Positions 63,858 through 64,000 of a stretch of DNA of 64,000 nt are shown here, piece after piece. A model generated the notes under the pieces. It was not told where the DNA came from, searched no databases, and saw nothing but the letters and a program-made list of their open reading frames with translations. The position numbers and the translations under genes were made by a program. The stretch spans positions 70,620,001 to 70,684,000 of the forward strand of contig CM059438.1 in the NCBI GenBank assembly GCA_030390025.1, in the 5' to 3' direction. The DNA comes from Squalus acanthias. Its lineage: Eukaryota. Each line of letters starts with the position of its first letter. The stretch's first letter is position 1.

Positions 63858-64000
63858 CCCACACTGATGTGGCTCCAAGTTGGTTAGCTTTGTGAGGCAG
63901 AATATCAAGCTTATTTATATATATATATATATATACTAATCAATCTCCTTTACCATTGCACTGGGGGAACCAAAGTCCAAATGTAGTCTTCAGGCGTAGT

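Noticed and set aside
1..64000. CRISPR arrays, rRNA genes or prokaryotic operons
   Set aside because: No regularly spaced repeat-spacer arrays or rRNA-like sequence were seen; the content is vertebrate repeat DNA.

Overview
This is a eukaryotic, repeat-dominated intronic or intergenic window. The repeat complement (tRNA/Deu-type SINEs, CR1 and L2 LINEs, Penelope-like elements) points to a cartilaginous fish; that is an inference. I could not support any host protein-coding exon. The window holds three decayed two-gene PIF/Harbinger transposons (DDE transposase plus Myb/SANT partner), a Myb-bearing remnant and many Harbinger-type MITEs. It also contains a pogo/Tigger-like MITE, multi-level nests of CR1, L2 and SINE elements, and old Gypsy and LINE RT relics. 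Two signals stand out. (1) Two families of short Penelope-derived inserts carry minimal type-I hammerhead ribozyme motifs. Several have clear target-site duplications, one is a perfect 75-bp foldback, and the stems covary between copies. (2) The Harbinger elements and MITEs share a TIR-hairpin-hairpin subterminal architecture with compensatory changes, and an apparent palindromic target consensus of about ACAC-NWN-GTGT. All calls were made by eye. Boundaries without a TIR or TSD are approximate.
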